Translations under genes and position numbers: made by a program
Shown here: positions 27,713 to 39,041 of the stretch, piece by piece
Numbering within the stretch: the first letter of the stretch is position 1
Layout of the letters: each line of letters starts with the position of its first letter
The notes under the pieces: model-generated
The model's database searches: none
Told to the model about the DNA's origin: nothing
Seen by the model: the letters and a program-made list of their open reading frames with translations, nothing else
Source of the DNA: Microcoleus sp.
GTDB taxonomy: Bacteria; Cyanobacteriota; Cyanobacteriia; Cyanobacteriales; Microcoleaceae
Assembly (NCBI GenBank): GCA_052279835.1
Contig: CP181291.1
Span: 4,416,001-4,480,000 of the forward strand
Length of the DNA stretch: 64,000 nt
Reading direction: 5' to 3'

Positions 27713-29400
27713 TTTCCTGGCATTGTGTCCTTCAGTCTCAGTTCTTCTCGACTCATGAGAGCTTCGTAATAATCTGGTTTAATTTCTAGGGCAACTCCAT
27801 AGGAACTAATGGCGTCTTGATTACGGTGCAATTTTTGCAATACATCGCCTCGATGAGACCAAGCTTCCCAGTTATCTGGCTTGAGTTGAATTACTTTGTC
27901 AGCAGCTATAAGTGCTTCAGCATAGCGTGCCATTTTTGCTACTACCATGGAGCGGTGCATCCAGGCTTGATAGTTGTCAGGCCAGATGGTAATTGCTCGA
28001 TCGTAGGCTACCAGGGCTGGTTCGTACTGCTGCAAATTTTCGAGAGCCTTGCCACGTTTTAACCAAGCTTCAAAATTGTCGGGCATGATTTGAATGACTT
28101 GGTTATAGGCGGCGATGGCTTCTTGATAGCGCTCTAATTTTTCTAGGGCTGCCCCTTGTTGTAAACCAACTTTGGAGGAAATTTGTGCTTCCGAACTCAT
28201 AGAAATTACTTTATCGTAACAGGCGATCGCCTCTTCGTATTGTTGTAATTGTTCGAGAGCTGCCCCTCGCAGGTTCCAAGCTTCTAGAAAATTGCTTTGA
28301 ATTTGCAGGGCATTACTGTAAGCGATGATTGCATCTTTATATCGTTCCAATCCGGCTAAAGCGATGCCTCTACCTAGCCAAGCTTCGGGGAAATTGGGAT
28401 TGATTTGAATTGCTTTATCAAAAGCTGCGATCGCCCCTTCATAGTCTGCTGATTCTGACAGAGTTTGACCGCGACCGATCCAGACTTCTGGATAAAATTG
28501 ATTAATTTGAATAGCGCGATCGAAACAAGCAATAGCGGCATCATGCTGCTGGTGTTTCAGGGCCATACCCTTATAAAACCAAGCTTCGTAATCGTTAGGT
28601 TGTAGTTGAATTACCCGATCGTAAGCTCTAACTGCTTCTGGATATCGGTGGAGTTTTGCCGATGCTATGCCTCGATTGAACCAAGCCAGACAATTTGTTG
28701 GTTGTAATTGCAGGGCGCGATCGTAAGAAGTGACAGCTTCAGGATAACGCTCGGTCTTCATCAGAGCCAAGCCTCGGTTCAACCAAGCTTCCCAATGAGT
28801 TGGTACGAGCTTGAGGGCGCGCTCGTAAGCAGCCACTGCCTCCGAGTTCCGTTCGGCTTGCAACAGTACATTACCTTGACGAAACCACATGGCGGGCAAA
28901 TTGGGATGAATTTGTGTGGCTCTTTTGTAACTACTTGCTGCTAGTTCCCACTGTTGCAATTCTTCCAGAGCTCGGCCGCGCTGATACCAAGCTTCGTGTT
29001 TTTCCGAATTAATTTCAATTGCTTTGTCAAAACCCGCGATCGCCTCGGAGTAATTTTGTAAGCTTAACAGTGCCGTACCGCGTAGCATCCATGCCCAATA
29101 TTCTTCTGGTTTGAGAGCTATAGCTCGATCGCAACAGGCTACGGTTTGTAGATATTGCTCCAATTGCTTGTAAGCCTTACCCAAATTCAGCCATGCCCTA
29201 ACCCAGTCTGGCTTAATTTGCAATGCTTTTCCGTAACAATCCACGGCTGCTTCATATCTTCCCGATGCGTACAATCTATTGCCCCGATCGTAATCAGGAA
29301 ATGCTGCAAAAATCCTGAAAATTGGTGGCAGTAAGGTTCCTTGGGGGGTTAAAAATTTGTCATTGGAGGTTGGAGGGGGAGAAGTTGATAAGTCTGACAT
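27706..29400 (-). CDS. tetratricopeptide repeat protein
   Basis: About 15 consecutive 34-aa AWxxRGxAL...YDRAIxLxP repeats. Confidence 0.95.
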   Translation of the reverse strand: MSDLSTSPPPTSNDKFLTPQGTLLPPIFRIFAAFPDYDRGNRLYASGRYEAAVDCYGKALQIKPDWVRAWLNLGKAYKQLEQYLQTVACCDRAIALKPEEYWAWMLRGTALLSLQNYSEAIAGFDKAIEINSEKHEAWYQRGRALEELQQWELAASSYKRATQIHPNLPAMWFRQGNVLLQAERNSEAVAAYERALKLVPTHWEAWLNRGLALMKTERYPEAVTSYDRALQLQPTNCLAWFNRGIASAKLHRYPEAVRAYDRVIQLQPNDYEAWFYKGMALKHQQHDAAIACFDRAIQINQFYPEVWIGRGQTLSESADYEGAIAAFDKAIQINPNFPEAWLGRGIALAGLERYKDAIIAYSNALQIQSNFLEAWNLRGAALEQLQQYEEAIACYDKVISMSSEAQISSKVGLQQGAALEKLERYQEAIAAYNQVIQIMPDNFEAWLKRGKALENLQQYEPALVAYDRAITIWPDNYQAWMHRSMVVAKMARYAEALIAADKVIQLKPDNWEAWSHRGDVLQKLHRNQDAISSYGVALEIKPDYYEALMSREELRLKDTMPGKW

Positions 29401-29520
29401 AGGCTTTGTACATAAAAATTTTGTTGAACAACCAGCTTCGCGGTCTTAATATTAACTTATGCTGTGCTTAACTCGCTGCTATAGTCAGATAAATTTAACA
29501 TATTTTCAATCAAATTTTGT

Positions 29521-31644
29521 ATGGTTTTTGTGCACGCAGTTTTAGATTTTACCGATGCTAATTGGGGCTCGATCGCCTTTAGCTCCAATTATTGCTATCA
29601 AGGTCTTTGCGTTCAAAGCGGTGAGTTGCTGAGATTGCCTCGCACAGTTCAGTGTGAGGCGATCGCCCGTGGTTTGATGCAGCACCTTGGAGAGGACGAG
29701 TGTCATTCCCGCGAGGGCAAAATGTATGGAGTCTTGCTAGTTGAAACCCTCGGAGGGGAAAAAAAGGTACTCAAAGCATTTTCCGGGCTTTTGAATGGTT
29801 CTAGCCACGTTCCCGGCTGGGTAACGCCCATTCCCGGACGCGATCGAGTGGCCTTGACAGAGGCCCGAACCTTGACTGAATTGGAGTCGATGAAACAGGA
29901 ACTGATACGGCTACAACAGCTTCCCCAGCGGCAGGAATATGACAGACGATTGCGGGAGTGGGAATTGGAATTAGAGGCTTTGGGCGATCGGCACAAAATT
30001 TGCAAGCAGCAACGAGATCTAACACGGGATTTACTGTGCCAAACTCTGGTAGGAGAAATACGGGAAATAGCTCTAGAAGAACTGAATCAAGCCAGTCGAT
30101 TAGAAGGAATTGAACGCAGGCAACTTAAGCGGGAGCGGGATGATAAATTGCAGCCATTAAAACAATTAATTGAAGCCGCCGATGGGCGGATAACTGAACT
30201 GAAACAGCAGCGTAAAAAACTGTCTCGCGAACTGCAAATGCAGATGCACGAGGCTTATACTTTGGTAAATTTTTTGGGAAATTCGCGATCGCTCCAGCAA
30301 TTGATGCCCAGCGGTTCGATCCCGACTGGAACCGGCGATTGTTGTGCACCAAAATTGCTCCACTACGCGGCTTTACACAATCTGAAACCCTTGGCAATGG
30401 CTGAGTTTTGGTGGGGGCCATCCTTGGGGGACAAAGTTCAGGGAGAGTTTTATGGTGCTTGTGGCGATCGGTGCCAGCCATTGATGGGGTTTTTGCTATC
30501 AGGATTAGCTCAAAATCGGAGTGTTTTTAAGAATGTTAATAACTGCGAGGCAGAACCTGTTGGTGACAGTGACAACTTAACATCAAACCGACTGTTTCCT
30601 TTGTTTGTATTGAAGTCTATATCCCCCCTAACCCCCCTTAAGAAGGGGGGGACAACAAATACTCTGAAAGTCCCTCTTAATAACGGGGGGACAACAAATA
30701 CTCTGAAAGTCCCTCTTAATAACGGGGGGACAACAAATAATCTCAAAGTCCCTCTTAATAACGGTGGGACAACAAATAATCTCAAAGTCCCTCTTAATAA
30801 CGGGGGGACAACAAATAATCTCAAAGTCCCCCTTATTAAGGGGGATTTAGGGGGATCTACACTGGACAAAAACCAACATTTATTTTCAGTCTTAAGTTCT
30901 CACGAATCAGAACAGCCTGGGAAAGAGATGAAAGGATGGCTTCTAGCCCACCGCACAAACAATAATTATGATGGTGGTGGAATAGGCATCTTGCCTGTTC
31001 ATGAGCCCAGGAAAATGCTACCAATTATTTATCAAGATAAATGGTTGGTTGTCGTCAACAAACCTGCAAATTTACTCTCAGTTCCTGGTCGTTACCTAGA
31101 AAATCAAGATAGTGTATTAAGTCGTTTCCGCAACTTGCTACCCGATGGGCTTAATTTGAAGGCAGTGCATCGTTTAGATTTCGATACATCGGGAATTTTG
31201 ATATTAGCACGGGACAAAGATACTTACAGAAAACTTAGTCTAGAATTTGAAAAAAAACAAGTTCATAAAATTTATGAAGCTGTACTTTCTGGTGTAACAA
31301 ATATGAATATGGGATCGATCGCCCTCCCACTGTGGGGGAATCCTGACAATCGACCGATTCAGGAAGTTAATTGGGAACGTGGAAAACCCAGTGTGACTCA
31401 GTTTCAGGTGATGGGAACAGAAGGGAATTGCTCGCGCATCGAATTTGTGCCACTAACGGGACGGACTCATCAATTGAGAGTTCATGCAGCGGATGTGAGA
31501 GGATTGGGAATACCGATTTTGGGCGATCGACTTTACGGATGCAAAGCCGATGGAATGCGATTACACTTACACGCCAGGGAAATTTGTTTTGAGCATCCGC
31601 AGTTGGGAAACAGGCTATACCTAAAGGCAGAAATGCCATTTTGA
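29521..31644 (+). CDS. RluA family pseudouridine synthase with long N-terminal extension and an in-frame repeat insertion
   Basis: VVNKPANLLSVPG, HRLDFDTSG, TGRTHQLRVH, ILGDRLYG, LHLHA; N-terminal GKMYGVL and GDCCAPKL. Confidence 0.92.
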   Translation: MVFVHAVLDFTDANWGSIAFSSNYCYQGLCVQSGELLRLPRTVQCEAIARGLMQHLGEDECHSREGKMYGVLLVETLGGEKKVLKAFSGLLNGSSHVPGWVTPIPGRDRVALTEARTLTELESMKQELIRLQQLPQRQEYDRRLREWELELEALGDRHKICKQQRDLTRDLLCQTLVGEIREIALEELNQASRLEGIERRQLKRERDDKLQPLKQLIEAADGRITELKQQRKKLSRELQMQMHEAYTLVNFLGNSRSLQQLMPSGSIPTGTGDCCAPKLLHYAALHNLKPLAMAEFWWGPSLGDKVQGEFYGACGDRCQPLMGFLLSGLAQNRSVFKNVNNCEAEPVGDSDNLTSNRLFPLFVLKSISPLTPLKKGGTTNTLKVPLNNGGTTNTLKVPLNNGGTTNNLKVPLNNGGTTNNLKVPLNNGGTTNNLKVPLIKGDLGGSTLDKNQHLFSVLSSHESEQPGKEMKGWLLAHRTNNNYDGGGIGILPVHEPRKMLPIIYQDKWLVVVNKPANLLSVPGRYLENQDSVLSRFRNLLPDGLNLKAVHRLDFDTSGILILARDKDTYRKLSLEFEKKQVHKIYEAVLSGVTNMNMGSIALPLWGNPDNRPIQEVNWERGKPSVTQFQVMGTEGNCSRIEFVPLTGRTHQLRVHAADVRGLGIPILGDRLYGCKADGMRLHLHAREICFEHPQLGNRLYLKAEMPF
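30621..30857. repeat. expanded G/C-palindromic repeat with about 5 tandem 39-bp units inside rluA
   Basis: GGGGGGACAACAAATA(C/A)TCT(G/C)AAAGTCCCTCTTAATAAC units encoding GGTTN(T/N)LKVPLNN; the ends resemble the element at 50112-50194. Confidence 0.9.
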
Positions 31645-31780
31645 TTTGGCTCAAAATTACGCAATCTCTGAATTGTTTGCGATTATGTGATGTCATTATC
31701 ATTGTAATGGTTCGATTCAAGCTATGGTAAGAAGCAAACGCGAATTTCCAGAATTATTCAGTTGACAAACTAGCAAAACC

Positions 31781-32900
31781 ATGAACATCCAAACCACATC
31801 GCCAGCCCTGCTAAGTTCCTTCAAACTTGGAGATTTGCTCCTAAAAAACCGAGTAGTTCTTGCACCCTTGACTCGTGGCAGAGCCGGTGAAGCGCGGATG
31901 CCCAACGCCTTAATGGCAAAGTATTACGCTCAGCGGGCTGCTGCGGGTTTAATCATTACCGAAGCCACAGTGATTTCGACTCAAGCCCTGGGCTGGGAAA
32001 ATACGCCCGGAATATATTCCGACGAGCAGCTTGAAGCCTGGAAACAGATTGTAACTGCGGTGCAAACTCACGAAACACCGATTTTTATGCAGCTTTGGCA
32101 CTGCGGGCGAGCTTCCCACAGCAGTTTTCATGAAAATGGTGAATTACCCGTAGCGGCCTCTGCGATCGCCATAAATGGAGAAGGACTTCATACCCCTGTA
32201 GGTAAACAACCTTACGAAACTCCTCGCGCTTTAGAAACCCATGAAATTGGGCTGATTGTAGAAGACTATCGCAAGGCAGCAGAACGGGCAAAAAAAGCAG
32301 GTTTTGACGGTGTAGAAATTCACGCAGCTAACGGCTATCTAATAGACACATTTTTGCAAAGCAAAACCAATCACCGAACAGATGCCTATGGCGGTGGAAT
32401 TGAAAACCGCTACCGTTTTCTCAAAGAAATTGTCGAAGCAATTATCACCGTATTTCCGGCAAATAGAGTAGGAGTCAGACTTTCTCCCAACGGTATTTTC
32501 AATGACATGGGTTCTCCCGATTATCGTCCAAGTTTTCTGTACATTGCAGGGCAGTTAAATACCTACAACTTAGCTTATCTTCACCTGATGGATGGCTTAG
32601 CTTTTGGCTTTCATGAATTGGGAACACCGATGACACTAGCAGAGTTTCGTGAGGTATTTGCAGGTACTCTGATTGGTAACTGCGGATATACCCAAGAAAC
32701 TGGCAGAAACCGCCATTAGTAGCGGAGTTGCCGACTTAATCGCCTTTGGTCGAGATTTCATCAGCAATCCCGACTTGGTAGAGCGTTTCACTCATGGCTG
32801 GCCGCTCAATCCCCCTGCTGAAATGCCTACCTGGTATTCTTTTGGTCCAGAAGGTTATGTTGACTTTCCTACCTATCAGGCATCTCAAGTGGCTTCCTGA
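31781..32900 (+). pseudogene. old yellow enzyme / alkene reductase (NemA-like), +1 frameshift near 32697-32703
   Basis: LAPLTRGR, QLWHCGR, GFDGVEIHAANGYL, NHRTDAYGG; the C-terminal ADLIAFGRDFISNPDL lies in another frame (ORF 32673..32900). Confidence 0.85.
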
Positions 32901-33079
32901 GCCTCCAGATTAGATGGATGACACCTGCGGTTAGATCAATTCTGGTTTGATCGGAATGATTTAACCGCAGAGGACGCAGAGAACGCAGAGGAAGAGAAGA
33001 AAAAGATCGATAATTAGGATGAAGAACGCATTTGATATTAGATCAAATCCGGTAGCATAGGTAATCTAAAATCTAAAAT

Positions 33080-33907
33080 CTAAAATTGATTGACTGCTTG
33101 GTAATCTTCCCAAGCTGCTTTTGCACCAAATTCTACGATCGCACTCAAATCACAACCGTATTCTCCAGCGCAACTAAAAGAACCAAGTTCCAGGACATAC
33201 AGCTCTCCCTCTGACTCACAGATGTCTATCGTGTAGAGAGATTCTGGATACCAACTCACTTGTTTAAACACTTCGCTAAGATAGTTGTCTAGATATCCTC
33301 CCCTGATTGTTTCATCAACTCTTTCTTCTCCGACTAAATAGAGAGAACCAGTTATCACTTGATTTTTATAAACAAAAAATCTCCATTCTTTCGTAATTTC
33401 TCGTTTACCACTGACTAATACTAAAGTTGTTTCATCTCTTTTTAATTCGCTTCCCAGAGACTGCATAGTATTTAAAATGTTTAGGTTGAAAACTCCGGCT
33501 CTAAATGACTTCATATTGCTATCAGGTCGGACAAACAAATCTCCATCGGATTTGAAGTATTCCAGAATTTCTGTTCTTCTTCTAACCAATTCGCCCAAAG
33601 AAAGAATGAAATATTTGTTGTTTAACAAGTATTGACCGAAGTAAGTGTAGTAAATGGAACAACGGAGATTTTTTTCGTCCATATAAGCTCCCGGAATCCA
33701 AGAAGTTCTCAAGATATCACGACCTAAATTCAGGGTGCCTCTGAATAAAACACAATCATCAGGGGGAAAATATTGATGGGCTGCTTCTGGGCGAAAGTTG
33801 AGATATTTAGTTTCTTGGTAAATATATGCTTGTTTCTGCAATTCTTCTAAAAATTCTTTTTCACGATCGTAAATATCTTTTTCAAGCAACCAATTTACTT
33901 TTTTCAT
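33080..33907 (-). CDS. ATP-grasp domain protein (DUF4343/R2K-like)
   Basis: LFVRPDSNMKSF, EWRFFV, YTIDI, VLELGSFSCAG. Confidence 0.7.
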   Translation of the reverse strand: MKKVNWLLEKDIYDREKEFLEELQKQAYIYQETKYLNFRPEAAHQYFPPDDCVLFRGTLNLGRDILRTSWIPGAYMDEKNLRCSIYYTYFGQYLLNNKYFILSLGELVRRRTEILEYFKSDGDLFVRPDSNMKSFRAGVFNLNILNTMQSLGSELKRDETTLVLVSGKREITKEWRFFVYKNQVITGSLYLVGEERVDETIRGGYLDNYLSEVFKQVSWYPESLYTIDICESEGELYVLELGSFSCAGEYGCDLSAIVEFGAKAAWEDYQAVNQF

Positions 33908-34103
33908 GTAACGATCCAGTAGGGTGCGTCAGCTAGAACACTCACTATACATGGGAAACGCTTATTACGCTAAGCACCCTACTATCTAAAATAGATTAAC
34001 TTAATCTAGCCAAATGGCAAAAAAGCAGTTGAGATCGAGAACGTTTCCCCATATTCTAATAAGCGTAGGACATTTCACAACATCCGAGCTACGAGCTTAG
34101 TAA

Positions 34104-35117
<1,014 letters not shown>

Positions 35118-35282
35118 TCTAATAAAGTAAGATTAAATGAACCGCGAAGACGCTAAGGACGCGAAGGAAGAACCCCGCCTGCTACCCCAATGGGGGAAAG
35201 AAAAAGTCTATCTTCTTCCTTTCTTCCTTCGCGCTCTTCGCGCCTTCGCGGTTTAATTTCATTATTCAATTATATAAATAAT

Positions 35283-37088
35283 ATGACTTACCGCTCCAAC
35301 AAACTACTTGTATTCACAGTCATTTCGGTATTTTTATTGTTAGGAATGCCAGCCAAAGCAACTGCGAGTAAAGTTGAAAATTCCCTCTCAAATATTGATA
35401 ATTTAGAAATCCCCAACCCCCAAAACTTACCCACAGAAATCGATCGCCCTTCCCAACTGAGCCAACTCCCCAACCCAATTCAACCCAGAGAACCCGAATT
35501 ACCAACTCCTCAACCACCACAACCCCCACCGCCATCTCCCCTCCAACCTGCTACACCAACACCCGTTGAGGGCGAAGTGAGACCAGATATACCGGGTACA
35601 ATTAGAGTCGATCGCTTTGAATTTGAGGGCAACACAGCCTTTAGCGATCGCGAACTGGCAGAACTCACTAAACCCTTCGTGGGTAGGGAAATCACCTTCG
35701 CCGAACTGATCGCAGTGGAAGCAGCAGTAACTCAAAAATACTTAGCAGCCGGATATCTCAATTCCGGTGCGGTAATTCCCGCCAACCAAACCTTTCCCAG
35801 ATATGGCGCAGTGGTTAAAATTCAGATTGTCGAAGGGGGAGTAGAAGAAATTGCAATTACTGGCAACCGTCGGCTAAAGTCAAGTTATCTGCGATCGCGC
35901 CTAGCCATCGCTACCGGGAGGCCACTCAATCGCGATCGACTGCTGTCCGCCTTGCAACTGCTGCAACTAGACCCTTTAATTGCCAATATTTCCGCCGAAT
36001 TGCAAGCCGGAAGCCGCCCCGAAAAAAGTCGCTTAGAAGTCCGAGTCAAAGAAGCAGACAGCTTTAGTGGGGAAGTCTTCGCAGACAACAATCGATCGCC
36101 AAGCGTCGGCAGTTTTCGGCGTGGAGTCGAAATCAATCAAGCAAATTTGCTTGGTTTGGGCGATGGGCTGGAGGTATCCTACGCTAACACTGATGGTAGC
36201 AATGAATTCAACGGCAGCTATACAGTTCCTGTCAATCCCCGCAACGGCACAATTCGGTTGGCGGTGGGTGCTGCTAGCACGAATATTATTGAGGAACCCT
36301 TTGATACTGCTGGGATTGAGGGAAAGTCGCGTACTTACGAATTAACTTACCGCCAACCGATTCTCGAAAAGCCCGATCGCAACTTGGCTGTGGGAGTAAC
36401 ATTATCGCGGCAAGAAAGCAATACATTCTTACAGGGCGAGCGATTTCCGCTGTCGGCGGGAGCAAACGAGCGCGGCCAAACCCGTGTTTCTGCTGTGCGC
36501 TTTTTTCAAGAATACGTGCAACGTAGTTCCAATCAAGTGTTTGCAGCGCGATCGCAATTCTCGATCGGTACTAATTTGTTGGGCGCTAGTGTCAATGATA
36601 GCGGGCCAGACAGTCGGTTTCTGGCGTGGCGCGGACAAGCCCAATACGTGCGGCTGCTAGCACCAGAAACCTTGCTGATTGTACGTTCTGACATTCAATT
36701 AGCCGATCGCTCTTTGCTTTCTCTCGAACAAATCGGGATCGGTGGCGTGCAGAGTGTACGCGGATATCGCCAAGATTTGCTGTTGACTGATAGCGGTGCG
36801 ATCGCCAGTGCGGAAGTGCGTATCCCGGTTTGGCGAGTGCCACAAGTCAAAGGATTGTTGCAGGTGGCTCCATTTATCGATTTGGGAGTAGGCTGGAACC
36901 ATTCTGGCGAAAAAGCTAATCCTGATTCTGACCAGCTTCTGGGTGCAGGTGTGGGGCTGTTGTGGCAAATGGGCGATCGGTTTAATGCGCGCTTAGACTA
37001 CGGTTTTCCTTTGATTAATGTCGGAGGGGGCGATCGAACTTTCCAGGAAAAAGGCCTCTACTTTAGAATCAATTATTTTCCGTTTTAA
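35283..37088 (+). CDS. ShlB/FhaC/HecB family two-partner secretion transporter (TpsB)
   Basis: Signal peptide, POTRA domains (FEFEGNTAFS, YLAAGYLNS), VRGYRQD motif, C-terminal aromatic residue; ATG 35283. Confidence 0.93.
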   Translation: MTYRSNKLLVFTVISVFLLLGMPAKATASKVENSLSNIDNLEIPNPQNLPTEIDRPSQLSQLPNPIQPREPELPTPQPPQPPPPSPLQPATPTPVEGEVRPDIPGTIRVDRFEFEGNTAFSDRELAELTKPFVGREITFAELIAVEAAVTQKYLAAGYLNSGAVIPANQTFPRYGAVVKIQIVEGGVEEIAITGNRRLKSSYLRSRLAIATGRPLNRDRLLSALQLLQLDPLIANISAELQAGSRPEKSRLEVRVKEADSFSGEVFADNNRSPSVGSFRRGVEINQANLLGLGDGLEVSYANTDGSNEFNGSYTVPVNPRNGTIRLAVGAASTNIIEEPFDTAGIEGKSRTYELTYRQPILEKPDRNLAVGVTLSRQESNTFLQGERFPLSAGANERGQTRVSAVRFFQEYVQRSSNQVFAARSQFSIGTNLLGASVNDSGPDSRFLAWRGQAQYVRLLAPETLLIVRSDIQLADRSLLSLEQIGIGGVQSVRGYRQDLLLTDSGAIASAEVRIPVWRVPQVKGLLQVAPFIDLGVGWNHSGEKANPDSDQLLGAGVGLLWQMGDRFNARLDYGFPLINVGGGDRTFQEKGLYFRINYFPF

Positions 37089-37162
37089 ATTTGTAGGTTG
37101 GGTTACAAAATTGATAAGTAATACCAATTCTTTATGAAGCTGCACAGAATGGGAACCCCTAT

Positions 37163-37714
37163 TTATTTCATTGCTGTTTCCCACCAAATCAGCAAAGGAT
37201 GATTTCTAGGAGGTTGATAGCTCGCTCTAACTCGAATTGCACTCAATGCGGCTTTTAATGTTACTGAGTCAATATTTGATTTTTCCGACCAATGTTCAAT
37301 GACTTCCAGTGTTGATACAATTTGGATGTGAGGAGCCTCTTTTCTTAGAAAGGCAATCGCTCTCTTATCATCAGTTGCAACTGCCCATTCGCGGTGAAAG
37401 GCGATCGCAAATGTTGCAGATTCTCCTTCACCCCTTATTTGAGCAGTATAGTTGATGAAAGTTTCTGCCTCTGCTTCCGATTCAAAATCTACGAACGATA
37501 TTAAACCTTCTTGAACCGCCTGGTCAAAATAAATTGCACCTTCACTCTCCTGATTTTCAATCCGCTGAAGCGTCTTTAATTCTTGCGATCTAACAACTTC
37601 AGTAACTACAATTTGAGCGGGAATATATTGCAATATTTCTAGAAATTTTCCCGAAGCATAGAAATTTAGAATACAGCAGGCATCTAGGACAATATGGGAT
37701 TGTTGAATATTCAT
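37163..37714 (-). CDS. PIN-domain protein (putative RNase)
   Basis: IVLDACCILN, GEGESATFAIA, VATDDKRA: acidic PIN pattern. Confidence 0.8.
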   Translation of the reverse strand: MNIQQSHIVLDACCILNFYASGKFLEILQYIPAQIVVTEVVRSQELKTLQRIENQESEGAIYFDQAVQEGLISFVDFESEAEAETFINYTAQIRGEGESATFAIAFHREWAVATDDKRAIAFLRKEAPHIQIVSTLEVIEHWSEKSNIDSVTLKAALSAIRVRASYQPPRNHPLLIWWETAMK

Positions 37715-37733
37715 CGTTAATTACCCAATTATC

Positions 37734-38927
37734 CTACGCCTGACAAAGGTCTAAATCAGCAACTTCTTCGATTATTCCGCTTGAATGTGCGCTTAATGAT
37801 TCTGCAATCCGTCGAGCCTCCAGGCGATCTACACCAAGAAAATTAGCAAAGTGTCCTTCGGTAATTAACCCTCGATCTAGTGCTTCTATCGCTAAATGCT
37901 GATAGTGAATAGGAGCCATATCAATGCGCTCCGTGATAGGTTCTAAGCCCATTTCCTGTTGAACTGTTCGGACTTTTAATCCTCGATCGCGCAGACGTTC
38001 CCAAGTTCCAGATGGTAACAATTTAATTGCTTCTAATCGATAGATGAGAGCTTGAATAGACACTCCATAATGGTGAGCTAAAGTGAATAAATTTGTTGCA
38101 GTAAACTTGCCATGAGATCGGTGCATATCGTTAAATCGCTTGAGTAAATCACTTGTCGGCATTAGGAAATAATTAGGGAAAGTGTCTGCTAGTCTCTCGC
38201 TCTCTGGTTTCCTTTTATACTGATCGTCAAAATCAACTATGGGCTTCCGTCGATGAGCGAGAAAATGCAGGTAATCATGTGCTAATGACCAGCGTTTTCT
38301 CTCTTCAGGATGTCCAGCATTGATGGCGATGCAGCCACCCATTTGTTCGTTGTAGCTATAGATGCCTGAGTATTTAGGCGGCATCTCTATATAAAAAATT
38401 CGTAATCCGACACTCTGTTCTAAAATATCTCGCAGACATGGAATAGGTGCATCACCAAGCCCAAGCCGTTGACGTTCTGAGATGGCAATACTTTCCGCTG
38501 CCGCCTCAAGTGGCATATTATCGATCTTGTACTCTTGTGGATAATTTCGAGGTAAGGGTGCATCCATCATCGCTTCGAGATCTAGATAGTTTTGGCACAG
38601 TTCCTCTAAGCGCAAAATACTGGGTTTAATCCGTGCTGCTTCAGCTTCATTCTGCCCAAATGCCGAGCGATATTGAACCTCAAAAGGTTCTGTAACAGCA
38701 CGAGGCTGAACGAAATCGCCGATGGCTTTTCCATAAGCACGGGCGAGTTTAATCAGTTCCGTTGCTTTGATCCGGCGTTCTCCTTTCTCAATTGCAACAA
38801 TAGTTGTTCTTGCGGTATCAATAATTTGGGCTGCTTGAGCTTGAGTCATGTCACAGCTTTTGCGGGCTTTTTGAAGGAGTTCCCCCAATCTCGCTAGATC
38901 GATGTTGTCTAATATATTACTAGCCAT
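37734..38927 (-). CDS. XRE-family HTH fused to ImmA/IrrE (COG2856/DUF955) metallopeptidase domain
   Basis: MTQAQAAQIIDTARTTIVAIEKGER HTH; RKRWSLAHDYLH...ERLADTF...FLMP; ATG 38927. Confidence 0.9.
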   Translation of the reverse strand: MASNILDNIDLARLGELLQKARKSCDMTQAQAAQIIDTARTTIVAIEKGERRIKATELIKLARAYGKAIGDFVQPRAVTEPFEVQYRSAFGQNEAEAARIKPSILRLEELCQNYLDLEAMMDAPLPRNYPQEYKIDNMPLEAAAESIAISERQRLGLGDAPIPCLRDILEQSVGLRIFYIEMPPKYSGIYSYNEQMGGCIAINAGHPEERKRWSLAHDYLHFLAHRRKPIVDFDDQYKRKPESERLADTFPNYFLMPTSDLLKRFNDMHRSHGKFTATNLFTLAHHYGVSIQALIYRLEAIKLLPSGTWERLRDRGLKVRTVQQEMGLEPITERIDMAPIHYQHLAIEALDRGLITEGHFANFLGVDRLEARRIAESLSAHSSGIIEEVADLDLCQA

Positions 38928-39041
38928 TACAGTGTTCCTTAATCTTATTAAGCGATCGAATATAGCCTTTCTCAAAAAAGTGAGGTATGCCAGATTCTAT
39001 GTACATCAAGGTTTGTGACCTTTGATATATACCTCATCTAT

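Noticed and set aside
30645..30835. 39-bp repeats as a CRISPR array
   Set aside because: Units are contiguous with no unique spacers, lie in frame within rluA, and no cas genes are present.
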